From Gemmatimonadota bacterium (GTDB taxonomy: Bacteria > Gemmatimonadota > Gemmatimonadetes > Palauibacterales > KS3-K002), in contig JBDHJS010000006.1 of assembly GCA_039586795.1 (NCBI GenBank), positions 32,001 to 96,000 on the forward strand: a stretch of DNA of 64,000 bases. Direction: 5' to 3'. The notes beneath the pieces are model-generated. The model was given only the letters and a program-made list of their open reading frames with translations. It searched no databases and had not been told where the DNA came from. This document shows positions 8,307 through 17,176 of the stretch, piece after piece; positions within the stretch are counted from its first letter, which is position 1, and every line of letters starts with the position of its first letter. A program made the translations under genes and the position numbers.

Positions 8307-10732
8307 TCAAGAACCTCCTTCTGGTGCTTCTAGTGCCGACCCTGGGGCAGCAGGGCGAGGTGGAGGTGAGCGCCAGCCTCAACCGGCCCACAGCCAGCGT
8401 CGGCGAGACCGTAGCGATGACCGTCACGCTGCGGGCGCCCGGTCTGCGCAGTTGGGAGATCGAGGATCCGACGTTCGAGTCACTGGAGCTGGTCTCATCG
8501 AACGACCGCAACACGTTCCGCTTCTCCGCCTCGCTGGGCGCGGTTCGCGAGTTGTCTCGCGAGTACACGCTCCGCGTTCTGCAGCCGGGTGAGATCACGA
8601 TCCCGCCGGTACGCATCACCGTCGAAGGCGTGATCTACGAGACCGAGGCCTTGAGGCTGACGGCCGAGGCAGCCGGCACTTCGGCGGCGATCCCTAGGGG
8701 TGTTCGCCCGCGACCGGAAGAAGAGGTGGCGGTCCGGCTGTGGGCCGAGCCGGACACCGCCTTCGTTGGCCAGCAGGTCACCCTCACCGTGGGTGCGTTC
8801 TTCGATCCTCTGGTACGTAGTCGCTTGCAGCGTCAGCCCGAGTACCGGCCGCCGGACGTGCAGGGATTCTGGACGGCTGATTTGCCGGGCACTCCCCGGC
8901 CTGAACGGCGGGTGGTGAGTGGACGCGAGTACTTCATCCAGATCTACAGACGTGCGCTGTTTGCCCTCAGCCCGGGAACGATACGGATCCCGCCGGCCGC
9001 CGTGATCTACGAAGTGCGCCGCGGACTGATCTACGCGCCCGAGACGTTCCAGGTCGAGAGCGCCCCGGCATCGGTGGTCGTGTTGCCGCTTCCCGCGGAA
9101 GGTGCGCCCCCTGAATTCGCCGGCGCCGTCGGCCGCTACGAGACGGAGATCTGGTTCGACCGATCCGACCTGCGGGCCGGTGAAGCGGTGCACCTGTGGC
9201 TCGATGTTCAGGGCTCCGGCAACCTCAGCTCCCTCGCCCGGCCGACGATGCCCGAGGTGCCCGGGATGCGCGTTTACGACGGCGGTGAGGAAGCCGAGGT
9301 CCAGCTGCGGGGAACCGAGTTTGCTGGGCACAAGCGCTTCTCCTGGGTGCTGGTTCCCGAGCGACCCGGTCAATTCGTGCTGCCTGAATTGCGCTTGCCC
9401 TACTTCGATCCCTGGGAGAGAAACTACGTTGTCGCCAGCACGGAGCCCGTGACGCTGAACGTCGAGCCGGCGCTCTCCGCCGGCGTCGCGCCGGCCACCG
9501 GAGGAACCGCGGTTCGCTTCGTGAGGGCGGAGCCGGGAAGGCAGCCCGCCAACCTGCCGGACCGGCGTGGCTTCTGGATCGTCCAGATCGTTCCGCTCGC
9601 GATCCTCCTCGGTTCGCTGGCGTTCGGCCGCTACCGTGGCCGGATTCCGGCAGCGCGGCGCTCCCGGCCCCAGCGTCGTCAGCACGTGCTCCGCGAGCTG
9701 CGTCCGATAGCCGAATCGGGCGACGCCGCCTTCTTCGGACAGCTGCGTGTGTCGATACTCGAGTGGTTGGCCACGCGGCTCCATCACCCTGGTTTGACCA
9801 CGCAGGGGGCGGTGCAGGTTCAGCACGCGCTGGAGGACGCCGGCGTACCCACCGCACTGGCGCTCCAGGTCAATGACCTGCTCGAACGATGCGGCCGCCT
9901 GCGCTACGCTCCGGATCCGCCCGGCGCCGAAATCGCTCTATCGACGCTGGCCGAGGCGGACAAGCTGATGTCGGCCATCGACCGCGAAGCGGTCTCGGAA
10001 AGACGTTTGCGAACGGCGCGTCCCGGAGGCTCGTCGGCGGCCGTAGGTCTGGCTCTGTTGTTGCTGCTGCCAGCACAATCGGCGGGGCAGAGATCGGACG
10101 AGCGACTGTTCCGCGATGGGGTGAGCGCCTATTCCCGGGCGTCGTACAGAGAGGCGGCGGAACTCTTCGAGCTCTACCTGGCTCGCCATCCTCAGGACCC
10201 GAACGCCCTCTTCAATTTGGGCGACGCCTACTACGAGTTGGGCGAGCGCGGTAAAGCGGTGGCCTATTGGGTGCGAACGCTACGCTTGCGTCCGCGCGAC
10301 GAAGACGCTCGCTACAACCTCCGGATGATCGTCGGCGAAGACCCGGTCGTCGGAAGCACGCTCAACCCGTTGCCGCTGTCGCGCGACGAGATGGCGCTGC
10401 TCTTCTCGCTGTTCTGGATTGGCGGCTGCGTCGCGTTCATCCTCCGACGGCGCCGCCGAAAGGGGTTTCTCGCCTTCGCCGGCGGCACATCGATGCTGAT
10501 CGCATTGCTCTGCGCCGCACTACTCTTCTATCCGCGCTCCGACTACGCGATCATCGCCAGCCACGAAGCCGTGCTGCGCGCCGGCCCCGTCCGCCAGAGC
10601 GAGATCCTCGGCTCGCCCACCCAGGGCACCGCCTATCGCGTGACCGAGCGCCGGGAGGAATGGCTGCGGGTTTCGAGGGGAGGGGACAGTGAGGGGTGGA
10701 TTGAGGAGGGGCAGATTGAGTTGATTGACTAG
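8303..10732 (+). CDS. batD: BatD-family protein fused to BatE-like TPR and SH3 domains
   Basis: Repeated Ig-like BatD domains (FAGAVGRY, GSGNL, YFDP), then TPR (FNLGDAYY..GERGKA) and SH3b-like end (LRAGP...EWLRV...EGWIE). Confidence 0.75.
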   Translation: MIKNLLLVLLVPTLGQQGEVEVSASLNRPTASVGETVAMTVTLRAPGLRSWEIEDPTFESLELVSSNDRNTFRFSASLGAVRELSREYTLRVLQPGEITIPPVRITVEGVIYETEALRLTAEAAGTSAAIPRGVRPRPEEEVAVRLWAEPDTAFVGQQVTLTVGAFFDPLVRSRLQRQPEYRPPDVQGFWTADLPGTPRPERRVVSGREYFIQIYRRALFALSPGTIRIPPAAVIYEVRRGLIYAPETFQVESAPASVVVLPLPAEGAPPEFAGAVGRYETEIWFDRSDLRAGEAVHLWLDVQGSGNLSSLARPTMPEVPGMRVYDGGEEAEVQLRGTEFAGHKRFSWVLVPERPGQFVLPELRLPYFDPWERNYVVASTEPVTLNVEPALSAGVAPATGGTAVRFVRAEPGRQPANLPDRRGFWIVQIVPLAILLGSLAFGRYRGRIPAARRSRPQRRQHVLRELRPIAESGDAAFFGQLRVSILEWLATRLHHPGLTTQGAVQVQHALEDAGVPTALALQVNDLLERCGRLRYAPDPPGAEIALSTLAEADKLMSAIDREAVSERRLRTARPGGSSAAVGLALLLLLPAQSAGQRSDERLFRDGVSAYSRASYREAAELFELYLARHPQDPNALFNLGDAYYELGERGKAVAYWVRTLRLRPRDEDARYNLRMIVGEDPVVGSTLNPLPLSRDEMALLFSLFWIGGCVAFILRRRRRKGFLAFAGGTSMLIALLCAALLFYPRSDYAIIASHEAVLRAGPVRQSEILGSPTQGTAYRVTERREEWLRVSRGGDSEGWIEEGQIELID

Positions 10733-10762
10733 CTGTTGATGAGTGTGATTATGCCTTGGACA
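10731..10762. repeat. Dispersed repeat, lone arm (family B)
   Basis: AGCTGTTGATGAGTGTGATTATGCCTTGGACA matches 30191-30222 at 28/32. Confidence 0.75.
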
Positions 10763-10792
10763 TCAAAAGTCAGGGATTAGAAGTCACTACCC

Positions 10793-11428
10793 TCACTCCT
10801 CGACCAGAGGCACAAACCGACACCGCGTAATAAACCGCTCCCGAAACGCGCCCCCCTCCCGCCGAATCTCATAAAGATCCTGATCCACCCTCCCACCCAC
10901 CGGAATCACAAGCGATGCCCCATCCGCCAATTGCTCCAACAACGGCTCCGGCACATTCGTCGCGCCTGCCGTCACCAGAATCCCGTCAAACGGCGCCTCC
11001 TCCGGCCAGCCTTTCGATCCATCCCCAACTCTAAACTCGATATTCGTGTATTCGAGCTCCCCTAGGACCCGACGAGCCTCGACCGCCAGCTCATCGAGCC
11101 TTTCAATCGTGTAGACGCGCTCCACGATCTCGGCCAGGATAGCTGTCTGGTAGCCGCTACCGGTTCCGACCTCCAGGATCCGGCAGTCCGGCGTCAGCCG
11201 CAGCGCTTCCGTCATCGCCGCAACCATATAAGGCTGTGATATCGACTGGCTCGACCCGATGGGCAGTGCGGAGTCTTCGTAGGCAAAGTTGTAATGGGTG
11301 CCGGGAACGAAGCGGTGGCGCTCGACGCGTTCCATGGCTGAGAGGACCCGGAGATCGGCGACACCACGGCGCCGGATCTGCTTCTCGACCATCTCCTGAC
11401 GCGCTGCAGCGTGATCGTATTCGCTCAA
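10793..11428 (-). CDS. pcm: Protein-L-isoaspartate O-methyltransferase
   Basis: AYEDSALPIG, ISQPYMVA, LEVGTGSGYQTA, GDGSKGWPEEAPFD; probable TTG start at 11428 after GGAG (alternative ATG 11392). Confidence 0.9.
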   Translation of the reverse strand: MSEYDHAAARQEMVEKQIRRRGVADLRVLSAMERVERHRFVPGTHYNFAYEDSALPIGSSQSISQPYMVAAMTEALRLTPDCRILEVGTGSGYQTAILAEIVERVYTIERLDELAVEARRVLGELEYTNIEFRVGDGSKGWPEEAPFDGILVTAGATNVPEPLLEQLADGASLVIPVGGRVDQDLYEIRREGGAFRERFITRCRFVPLVEE

Positions 11429-11535
11429 GTTCTTGTTGCTCCGCTGGTCTGGCGGGCCTGCGTCATACTGAGAGGCTAGCTGTAGTTCCGCAAGCGCTTG
11501 ACCCGGGATCGGATCCGCCGATAGGTTCGACCGAA

Positions 11536-12591
11536 ATGAACACACCGAGCTCGAAACGAGTACGCCTCACTCAGTACAGTCACGGCGCCGGTTGAGCTTG
11601 TAAGCTAGGTCCGGCGGACCTGGCCAAAGCGCTCGAAGCTCTCGGTGGCACCAGCCCGACTTCAGAGGTGCTGATCGGCCTCGATGCCCCCGACGACGCC
11701 GCCGTATATGCTTGGGACGATGAGCGGGCGATCGTTTCGACCGTCGATTTCTTCACGCCGATCGTCGACGACCCGTACACTTTCGGGGCGATCACCGCCG
11801 CCAACGCGATGAGCGACATCTACGCCATGGGCGGCGTTCCCCTCTTCGCCCTCAACATCGTCGCCTTCCCCAGCGGCGAGCTCGATTCGGGTATCCTGAC
11901 CGAGATCCTGCGGGGCGGCCGCGACAAGGCGGCGGAAGCGGGCGTCGCGATCATCGGCGGTCACTCCATCGACGACAAGGAGCCGAAGTACGGTCTGGCC
12001 GTCGTCGGCTCAGCGCCACCCGGCTCTCTGCTCCTTAAGAGCGACGGCCGGCCCGGCGACCGTCTCGTGCTGAGCAAGGCCATCGGGATCGGTATCATCG
12101 CCACGGCCATCAAAAGCGAAGCGGCGCCCAAGGAAACCGAGGATGCGGCCGTCGCGTCGATGCTCAAGCTGAACGATCGCGCCCTCGCGGCGGCGCGCCG
12201 TTACGACGTCGGCGCCGTCACCGATGTGACCGGGTTCGGACTGCTCGGCCACCTCCACGAGCTGGCGCGTATGAGCGGGCTCGCCGCCCGTGTCGAGTCG
12301 AGTGCCGTCCCCGTTCTCCCCGGCGCCCGCGATCTCCTCGCCGCCGGCCACGTTCCGGGCGGCACGCGCCGCAACCTCGAGTTCGTGAATGGGCTGACTG
12401 ACTGGGGGACCGATCTCGACGAGAGCGAGCGCACGCTGCTCTGCGATGCCCAGACCTCGGGCGGCCTGCTCATATCCGTATCCGCGTCGGACGCGCCGGC
12501 GCTCGTTCAGGCGCTGGTCGACGAGGGACACGCCGCCGCCGAGATCGGCGAGCTGTTCGACGGCGACGTCGGATCGATCGAAGTGCGATGA
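11536..12591 (+). CDS. selD: Selenide, water dikinase SelD, selenoprotein form (UGA-Sec at codon 20)
   Basis: MNTPSSKRVRLTQYSHGAG-UGA-ACKLGP is in frame with DDAAVY, TVDFFTPIVDDP, AANAMSDIYAMGG, TDVTGFGLLGH, DAQTSGGLL. Confidence 0.92.
11596..11630 (+). promoter_or_regulatory. Candidate bacterial SECIS element
   Basis: Directly 3' of UGA: GCUU/AAGC lower stem, GCUAGGUCC/GGACCUGGC upper stem, G-containing apical loop about 18 nt from UGA. Confidence 0.7.
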
Positions 12592-13250
12592 ACGGGCCGC
12601 TCAGCATCCGGGAGATTGCACGTCGAACCGGGGTGCCCGAATCAACGCTTCGTTATTATCGCAGCATCTTCGCCGAGCACATCCCCACCGACGGTGCCGG
12701 ACGTAGTCGCCGACACCCGGACGATGCCGTCCAGGTCTTCAAGCTCATCTCCAGCATGTTCGCCAGGGGCGCCTCCCGGGCATCCGTTCGCGACGAGCTC
12801 GAGAGCCTCCGCCTCAACGGCGAGCCGCTGGTAACCCGCGGATCACCCGACGCGAACCCCCACGATGAGACCGCAACGCGCTACGAGATCACGCGGGCGG
12901 AAACCCAGCTGCCGAGACAGGATCTGGAAAGCCTCATCACCGCCATGCTGATTCGTGATCGCGAGCTCGTCACCATGCACCGCGAGCTCCTCGAGATGGC
13001 CGGCCAACTGCTCCACGCCGTCGGCCGCCTCGCCGGCGCGCGCCCCGCCGCCCCGTTCGCCCCCGAAGCCGCCATCCCGCCACCACGAGAGGAAGAAACC
13101 GCCGCCTCACCCGACGACGACCCCCTCGAGCTAGAGAAACTCCGCCAAAGCCTGGCTAAAGAAAGGGATATGGTCGAGCGCCTACGACACGCCCGCCTGG
13201 AACTAGAACAAAGACTGGCAAAACTGGAGAGAGAAAAACGAAAAGGCTAG
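12588..13250 (+). CDS. MerR-type HTH protein with C-terminal coiled coil
   Basis: LSIREIARRTGVPESTLRYY HTH; heptad-rich LEKLRQSL...LEQRLAKLE; ATGA overlap with selD. Confidence 0.75.
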   Translation: MNGPLSIREIARRTGVPESTLRYYRSIFAEHIPTDGAGRSRRHPDDAVQVFKLISSMFARGASRASVRDELESLRLNGEPLVTRGSPDANPHDETATRYEITRAETQLPRQDLESLITAMLIRDRELVTMHRELLEMAGQLLHAVGRLAGARPAAPFAPEAAIPPPREEETAASPDDDPLELEKLRQSLAKERDMVERLRHARLELEQRLAKLEREKRKG

Positions 13251-13254
13251 TTCC

Positions 13255-13303
13255 GGTTCCGCGAATCCAGAATGAGGGATTCGTTGAATCCACTTCGACA
13301 ATT
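13255..13303. repeat. Dispersed repeat, lone arm (family A)
   Basis: 44/49 identical to 37158-37206, the right arm flanking the four-helix-bundle gene. Confidence 0.85.
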
Positions 13304-13313
13304 CAAGAGCAAA

Positions 13314-14756
13314 TCACCGCCGCCAAAACTCCGGATGAAACAACACCAACACCGTATATATCTCCAACCGCCCCATAACCATCAACACACTCAACACAAC
13401 CTTCCCCATCCCCGGCATCCAAGCATAGTTCCCCGTCGGCCCCACCTCCCCTAATCCCGGCCCGATATTCCCAATCGCCGCCGCCGCCGCTCCCGCCGCC
13501 GTCACAATGTCGACTCCCAGCACCGTCAACAGCATCGCTCCCACTATGAACGACGCCACGAACAGCAGCATGAACGCCAGGATGTTCAGGATCACGCCTT
13601 CCGGCACCACATGTCCGCCTACCCGCGTCACCATCACCGCCCGCGGGTGCAGGTGCTTGCGCAGCTCCACCACGCCCTGCTTGAGCGCCGCCCAGAGTCG
13701 CAGCGTCTTCATGCCGCCGCCCGTCGAGCCCGCCATGCCGCCCACGAACATCAAGAAGAACAGCACGACCTGCGTGATGCCCGGCCAGATGACGTAGTCG
13801 GCGGTCGCGTAGCCCGTCGTCGTCCCGATGGAAACGACCTGGAAGGCGGACGCTCGGAAGATCTCCTCTACCGAGTCGTAGGCGCCGCTCACCAGGTGGG
13901 CTGTGAGCAACACGACGATACCCGCGGCGAGGATTAGCGAAAAGAAACGCCACTCCTCGTCGCCCAACATCGCCTTCAGGCTCCGGTTCTTGTAGGTCCG
14001 AAAATGAAGTGAGAAGTTGACGCCGGCCAGATACATGAAGACGATCGTCACGTACTGGTGATAGGCCGAGTAGTAGCCGATCGACTCCGTGCGCGGTGAG
14101 AAGCCGCCCGTTGGCATCGTGCCGAACGCGTGGCACAGCGCGTCGAACAGGCTCATGCCGCCGGCAAGGTACAGGACGGCCTGCGCCGCGGTCAGCGCCA
14201 CATAGACCCGCCAGAGGATCGACGCCGTCTGCCGGATCCGCGGCTGCAATCGCTCCGGCGTCGGCCCCGGCACCTCGGCGCGGAACAGCTGCATGCCGCC
14301 CACGCCCAGGTAGGGAAGCACCGCGACCACCAGCACGATGATCCCCATCCCGCCCAACCACTGGCTCAGGTCGCGCCAGAACAACAGGCCTTTGGAAAGG
14401 GAGCCGGGGTCGGGGAAGATCGATGCGCCGGTTGTCGTGAAGCCCGAGATCGATTCGAAGAACGCGTCCAGCGGTCCCGCCGCTCCGGCGATCCAGTAGG
14501 GAAGCGCCCCGAAGGCGGCGGCGCCGAGCCAGGCGAGGGTAACGATCAGGTAGCTCTCGCGGATCGTCAGGTCTTTGGGTCGCGGCGTCAATCGGTCGGC
14601 CGCCGTTCCCAGCACGATCGAGATCGCGCCGGCCTCCGCCAGCGCCAGCCAGTCCGAGCTTCCGTACAGCGCGGCCACGCCGGCGCAGGCCAGCATCGCC
14701 GCGCCGACCGCGGCGACGATCAGGCCGACGATGTGGACGACCTTTAGCGCGCTCAC
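13314..14756 (-). CDS. trkH: Trk potassium uptake membrane protein TrkH
   Basis: FFESISGFTTTGA, QWLGGMGII, TGGFS, TTTGY, GGMAGSTGGGMK, GNIGPGLG, MGRLE. Confidence 0.95.
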   Translation of the reverse strand: MSALKVVHIVGLIVAAVGAAMLACAGVAALYGSSDWLALAEAGAISIVLGTAADRLTPRPKDLTIRESYLIVTLAWLGAAAFGALPYWIAGAAGPLDAFFESISGFTTTGASIFPDPGSLSKGLLFWRDLSQWLGGMGIIVLVVAVLPYLGVGGMQLFRAEVPGPTPERLQPRIRQTASILWRVYVALTAAQAVLYLAGGMSLFDALCHAFGTMPTGGFSPRTESIGYYSAYHQYVTIVFMYLAGVNFSLHFRTYKNRSLKAMLGDEEWRFFSLILAAGIVVLLTAHLVSGAYDSVEEIFRASAFQVVSIGTTTGYATADYVIWPGITQVVLFFLMFVGGMAGSTGGGMKTLRLWAALKQGVVELRKHLHPRAVMVTRVGGHVVPEGVILNILAFMLLFVASFIVGAMLLTVLGVDIVTAAGAAAAAIGNIGPGLGEVGPTGNYAWMPGMGKVVLSVLMVMGRLEIYTVLVLFHPEFWRR

Positions 14757-14766
14757 GAAGCTTCGC

Positions 14767-16113
14767 TCACTCGAACAGCTTCTCGACGGCCTCCACGGCG
14801 TCCGGTCGGGCCAGCACAGTCACCCGGTCGCCGCTCCACAGCGTCGCCTCGCCCAGCGGCACGAACACCTCTTCGCCCCGCGTGATCGAGCCGACCAGGC
14901 TGTCGTCCGGGAAGTCGATGTCTTCCAACGTTTTGCCGGCCACCCGGGAGCCGGCCTCGACCTCGAACTCGATCACCTCAGCGTCCACGCCGCGCAACGC
15001 CGCTACGCCCGTCACACTGCCGCGCCGCACATACCGCAATATCGTGTTCACCGCCGAGAGCCGCGGCGAGACGGCCGCATCAATGCCGACTTTGCCAACC
15101 AGCGGGATGTACTCGATCTTGTTGATCAGCGACACGACCTTCCGCACCCCTTTATCCTTCGCCAGCAAGCTGGACAGCATGTTCGTGTCGTCGTTGCCCG
15201 TCAGCACCACGAAACCGTCCAGGCCGCCGACACCCTCCATCTCCAGCAGCTCCATATCCGTGGCGTTCCCATGCAGAATCAGTGTGCGCTTCAGCTTCTC
15301 GGCCAGCTTCGCCGCCTTCGCCTTGTCCGCTTCGATGATCGTCACCTCGACGCCCTGCTCCTCGAGCATCTGCGCCAGGAAGACCGCCGTGCGGCTGCCG
15401 CCCGCGATCATCACCCGTTCCAGCCGGAACTCCTGGTAGCCCGCCAGCTCCAGCACCGTCGACATCTGCTGTGGGTCGCCGATGATGTAGGCCTTGTCGC
15501 CTTCCTCGAAGTGGTTGTCCCCCCGGGGCACGATCGTCTCTTCGCCGCGCTGGATCGCCGCCGTCAGAAAGCGGCGGTCGTGGATCCCCGAAGCCACATC
15601 GGCCAGCGTCTTGCCAACGATCGGCGCGTCCGGCTGCACCCGCAGCCCCATCATCTGCACCCGCCCGCTGGCGAAGAAGGCGATCTCCATCGCCGCCTCC
15701 GACTGCAGCAGCTGGAACGTCTCCCGGGCGCACTCCAGTTCCGGGTTGATCATCACGTCCACACCCTGCTGCGCGCTCCGCAGGCGGCTCACGTCCAGGA
15801 AGTAGTCGGGGTTAGAGACCCGGGCGACCTTCACCTTGAGATCGTACGGCGCCGCCGACATACAGGCGACCAGGTTGACCTCGTCCGCATTGGTCACCGC
15901 CGCCATCAGATCGGCCTTCGCGATCCCCGCTTCGTCCAGCACCGCCAGGCTCGCGCCGTTCCCGACCACCGTCATGATGTCCAACTGCTCCTGCGCGTTT
16001 TGAGCCCGCGCCGGATCCTCGTCCACCAGCACGATGTCGTGTCGACCCTCTTCCGATAGATGCTCGGCAAGGTGAAAACCGACCGCACCCGCGCCGACGA
16101 TCAGTATTCGCAT
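14767..16113 (-). CDS. trkA: Trk potassium uptake NAD-binding protein TrkA
   Basis: Two RCK N/C repeats, IVGAGAVG and IAGGSRTA, 448 aa, upstream of trkH. Confidence 0.95.
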   Translation of the reverse strand: MRILIVGAGAVGFHLAEHLSEEGRHDIVLVDEDPARAQNAQEQLDIMTVVGNGASLAVLDEAGIAKADLMAAVTNADEVNLVACMSAAPYDLKVKVARVSNPDYFLDVSRLRSAQQGVDVMINPELECARETFQLLQSEAAMEIAFFASGRVQMMGLRVQPDAPIVGKTLADVASGIHDRRFLTAAIQRGEETIVPRGDNHFEEGDKAYIIGDPQQMSTVLELAGYQEFRLERVMIAGGSRTAVFLAQMLEEQGVEVTIIEADKAKAAKLAEKLKRTLILHGNATDMELLEMEGVGGLDGFVVLTGNDDTNMLSSLLAKDKGVRKVVSLINKIEYIPLVGKVGIDAAVSPRLSAVNTILRYVRRGSVTGVAALRGVDAEVIEFEVEAGSRVAGKTLEDIDFPDDSLVGSITRGEEVFVPLGEATLWSGDRVTVLARPDAVEAVEKLFE

Positions 16114-16452
16114 GGATTGGGCGTCCTCTGCAGACTGTTGGCCGGGCGATCTATCTCATCGCCCATCACACCTACGACCGTTCAATTTGTACTTCGACTT
16201 TCCTTCCCGCCACCGGCTCTCCGGCTCAGGCGGAACGGTGGCGGAAGCGAACGGGTGAGAACCGGCAAGCTTTTCGGAAACATCAGTCGTCTTTGGCGGA
16301 ATACTGTCCAATTCGCCGATCCCCTAAGCCCTTAGGAAACATGCGTTTAGGCTGGGCCGCCGTCTAATGCCCGCTACTCCAGTCACAATGACCGAATAAT
16401 CATTACTCATTTTGGCTACAATTTGCAGTGCTCTATCCGCTAATTCCTTAAA

Positions 16453-16499
16453 AAATAACAGCTTACGCGACATGTCCGATATCGGTATGGATACTGCTA
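16453..16499 (+). promoter_or_regulatory. Candidate sigma-54 promoter with upstream IHF-like site
   Basis: CGGTATGGATACTGCTA gives GG(16484-85)-N10-GC(16496-97); AAATAA-CAGC-TTA at 16453-16465 in an AT-rich spacer. Confidence 0.45.
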
Positions 16500-16564
16500 A
16501 GGATATAGGGCGCGAGAAAGCCATCATCGCCTCTCGTACAGAACAAACCAAGAGATAATCGCTT

Positions 16565-17176
16565 ATGTACCGGAGAACACAAAACAGCAAGGGCTTCACC
16601 CTGATCGAAATGGTCATTGTGGTAATGATTTTCGGTCTCATGGCGGCGATCACGATTCCGCGTGCCATGCGTGTCAGCCCCCGGCAGCAGGTCCATGCGG
16701 CGGCCCGCCAGGTGATGCGTGACCTGGAAGCTGCTCGGATGAGGGCCATCTCCGCGAAGCGCGTGGTCCGCATGAGCTTCTACCAGACGAAGGACTTCTA
16801 CGCGGCGTACATGGATGTGTCCAAAGCTCGTAAGGGCAACATCGAGGAAACGGAAGAAGAGGCGCGTGCCTCGAGGTTCCTCGTCCGGGCGTCTGAGAGC
16901 GGAATCCCGGGCGCGGATCTTCCCAACGGCGTCGTTTTCGGGGGCGGCAATGCAACGGCGGGTCCGCTGGGCGAAGTGGTCAGCGACCCGATCCTATTCG
17001 ACAGCGATCTGGTGGAGTTTGACGCACGCGGCATGGTTCGGCCGATCAACGGAGTGCGGTCCGGCGGCGTGATAGTGCTGGTACACAAAGATGATCCCGA
17101 GATCGTCGCCGCAGTGACGGTGACCGGGTCGGGAGCGTTTCGTTCGTGGAACTGGCAGGACGGCAAGTGGAGGTAA
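16565..17176 (+). CDS. Type IV minor pilin / pseudopilin, FimT/GspH-like
   Basis: Class III signal SKG|FTLIEMVIV, ARMRAIS, VEFDARG. Confidence 0.85.
   Translation: MYRRTQNSKGFTLIEMVIVVMIFGLMAAITIPRAMRVSPRQQVHAAARQVMRDLEAARMRAISAKRVVRMSFYQTKDFYAAYMDVSKARKGNIEETEEEARASRFLVRASESGIPGADLPNGVVFGGGNATAGPLGEVVSDPILFDSDLVEFDARGMVRPINGVRSGGVIVLVHKDDPEIVAAVTVTGSGAFRSWNWQDGKWR

Noticed and set aside
11668..12591. selD as a truncated gene or pseudogene
   Set aside because: The stop is a UGA exactly at the catalytic Cys/Sec position with a SECIS-like hairpin, so recoding is the better explanation
16114..16564. c-di-GMP riboswitch or small genes in the trkA-pilin spacer
   Set aside because: No GEMM consensus recognised; the short ORFs lack RBS and motifs
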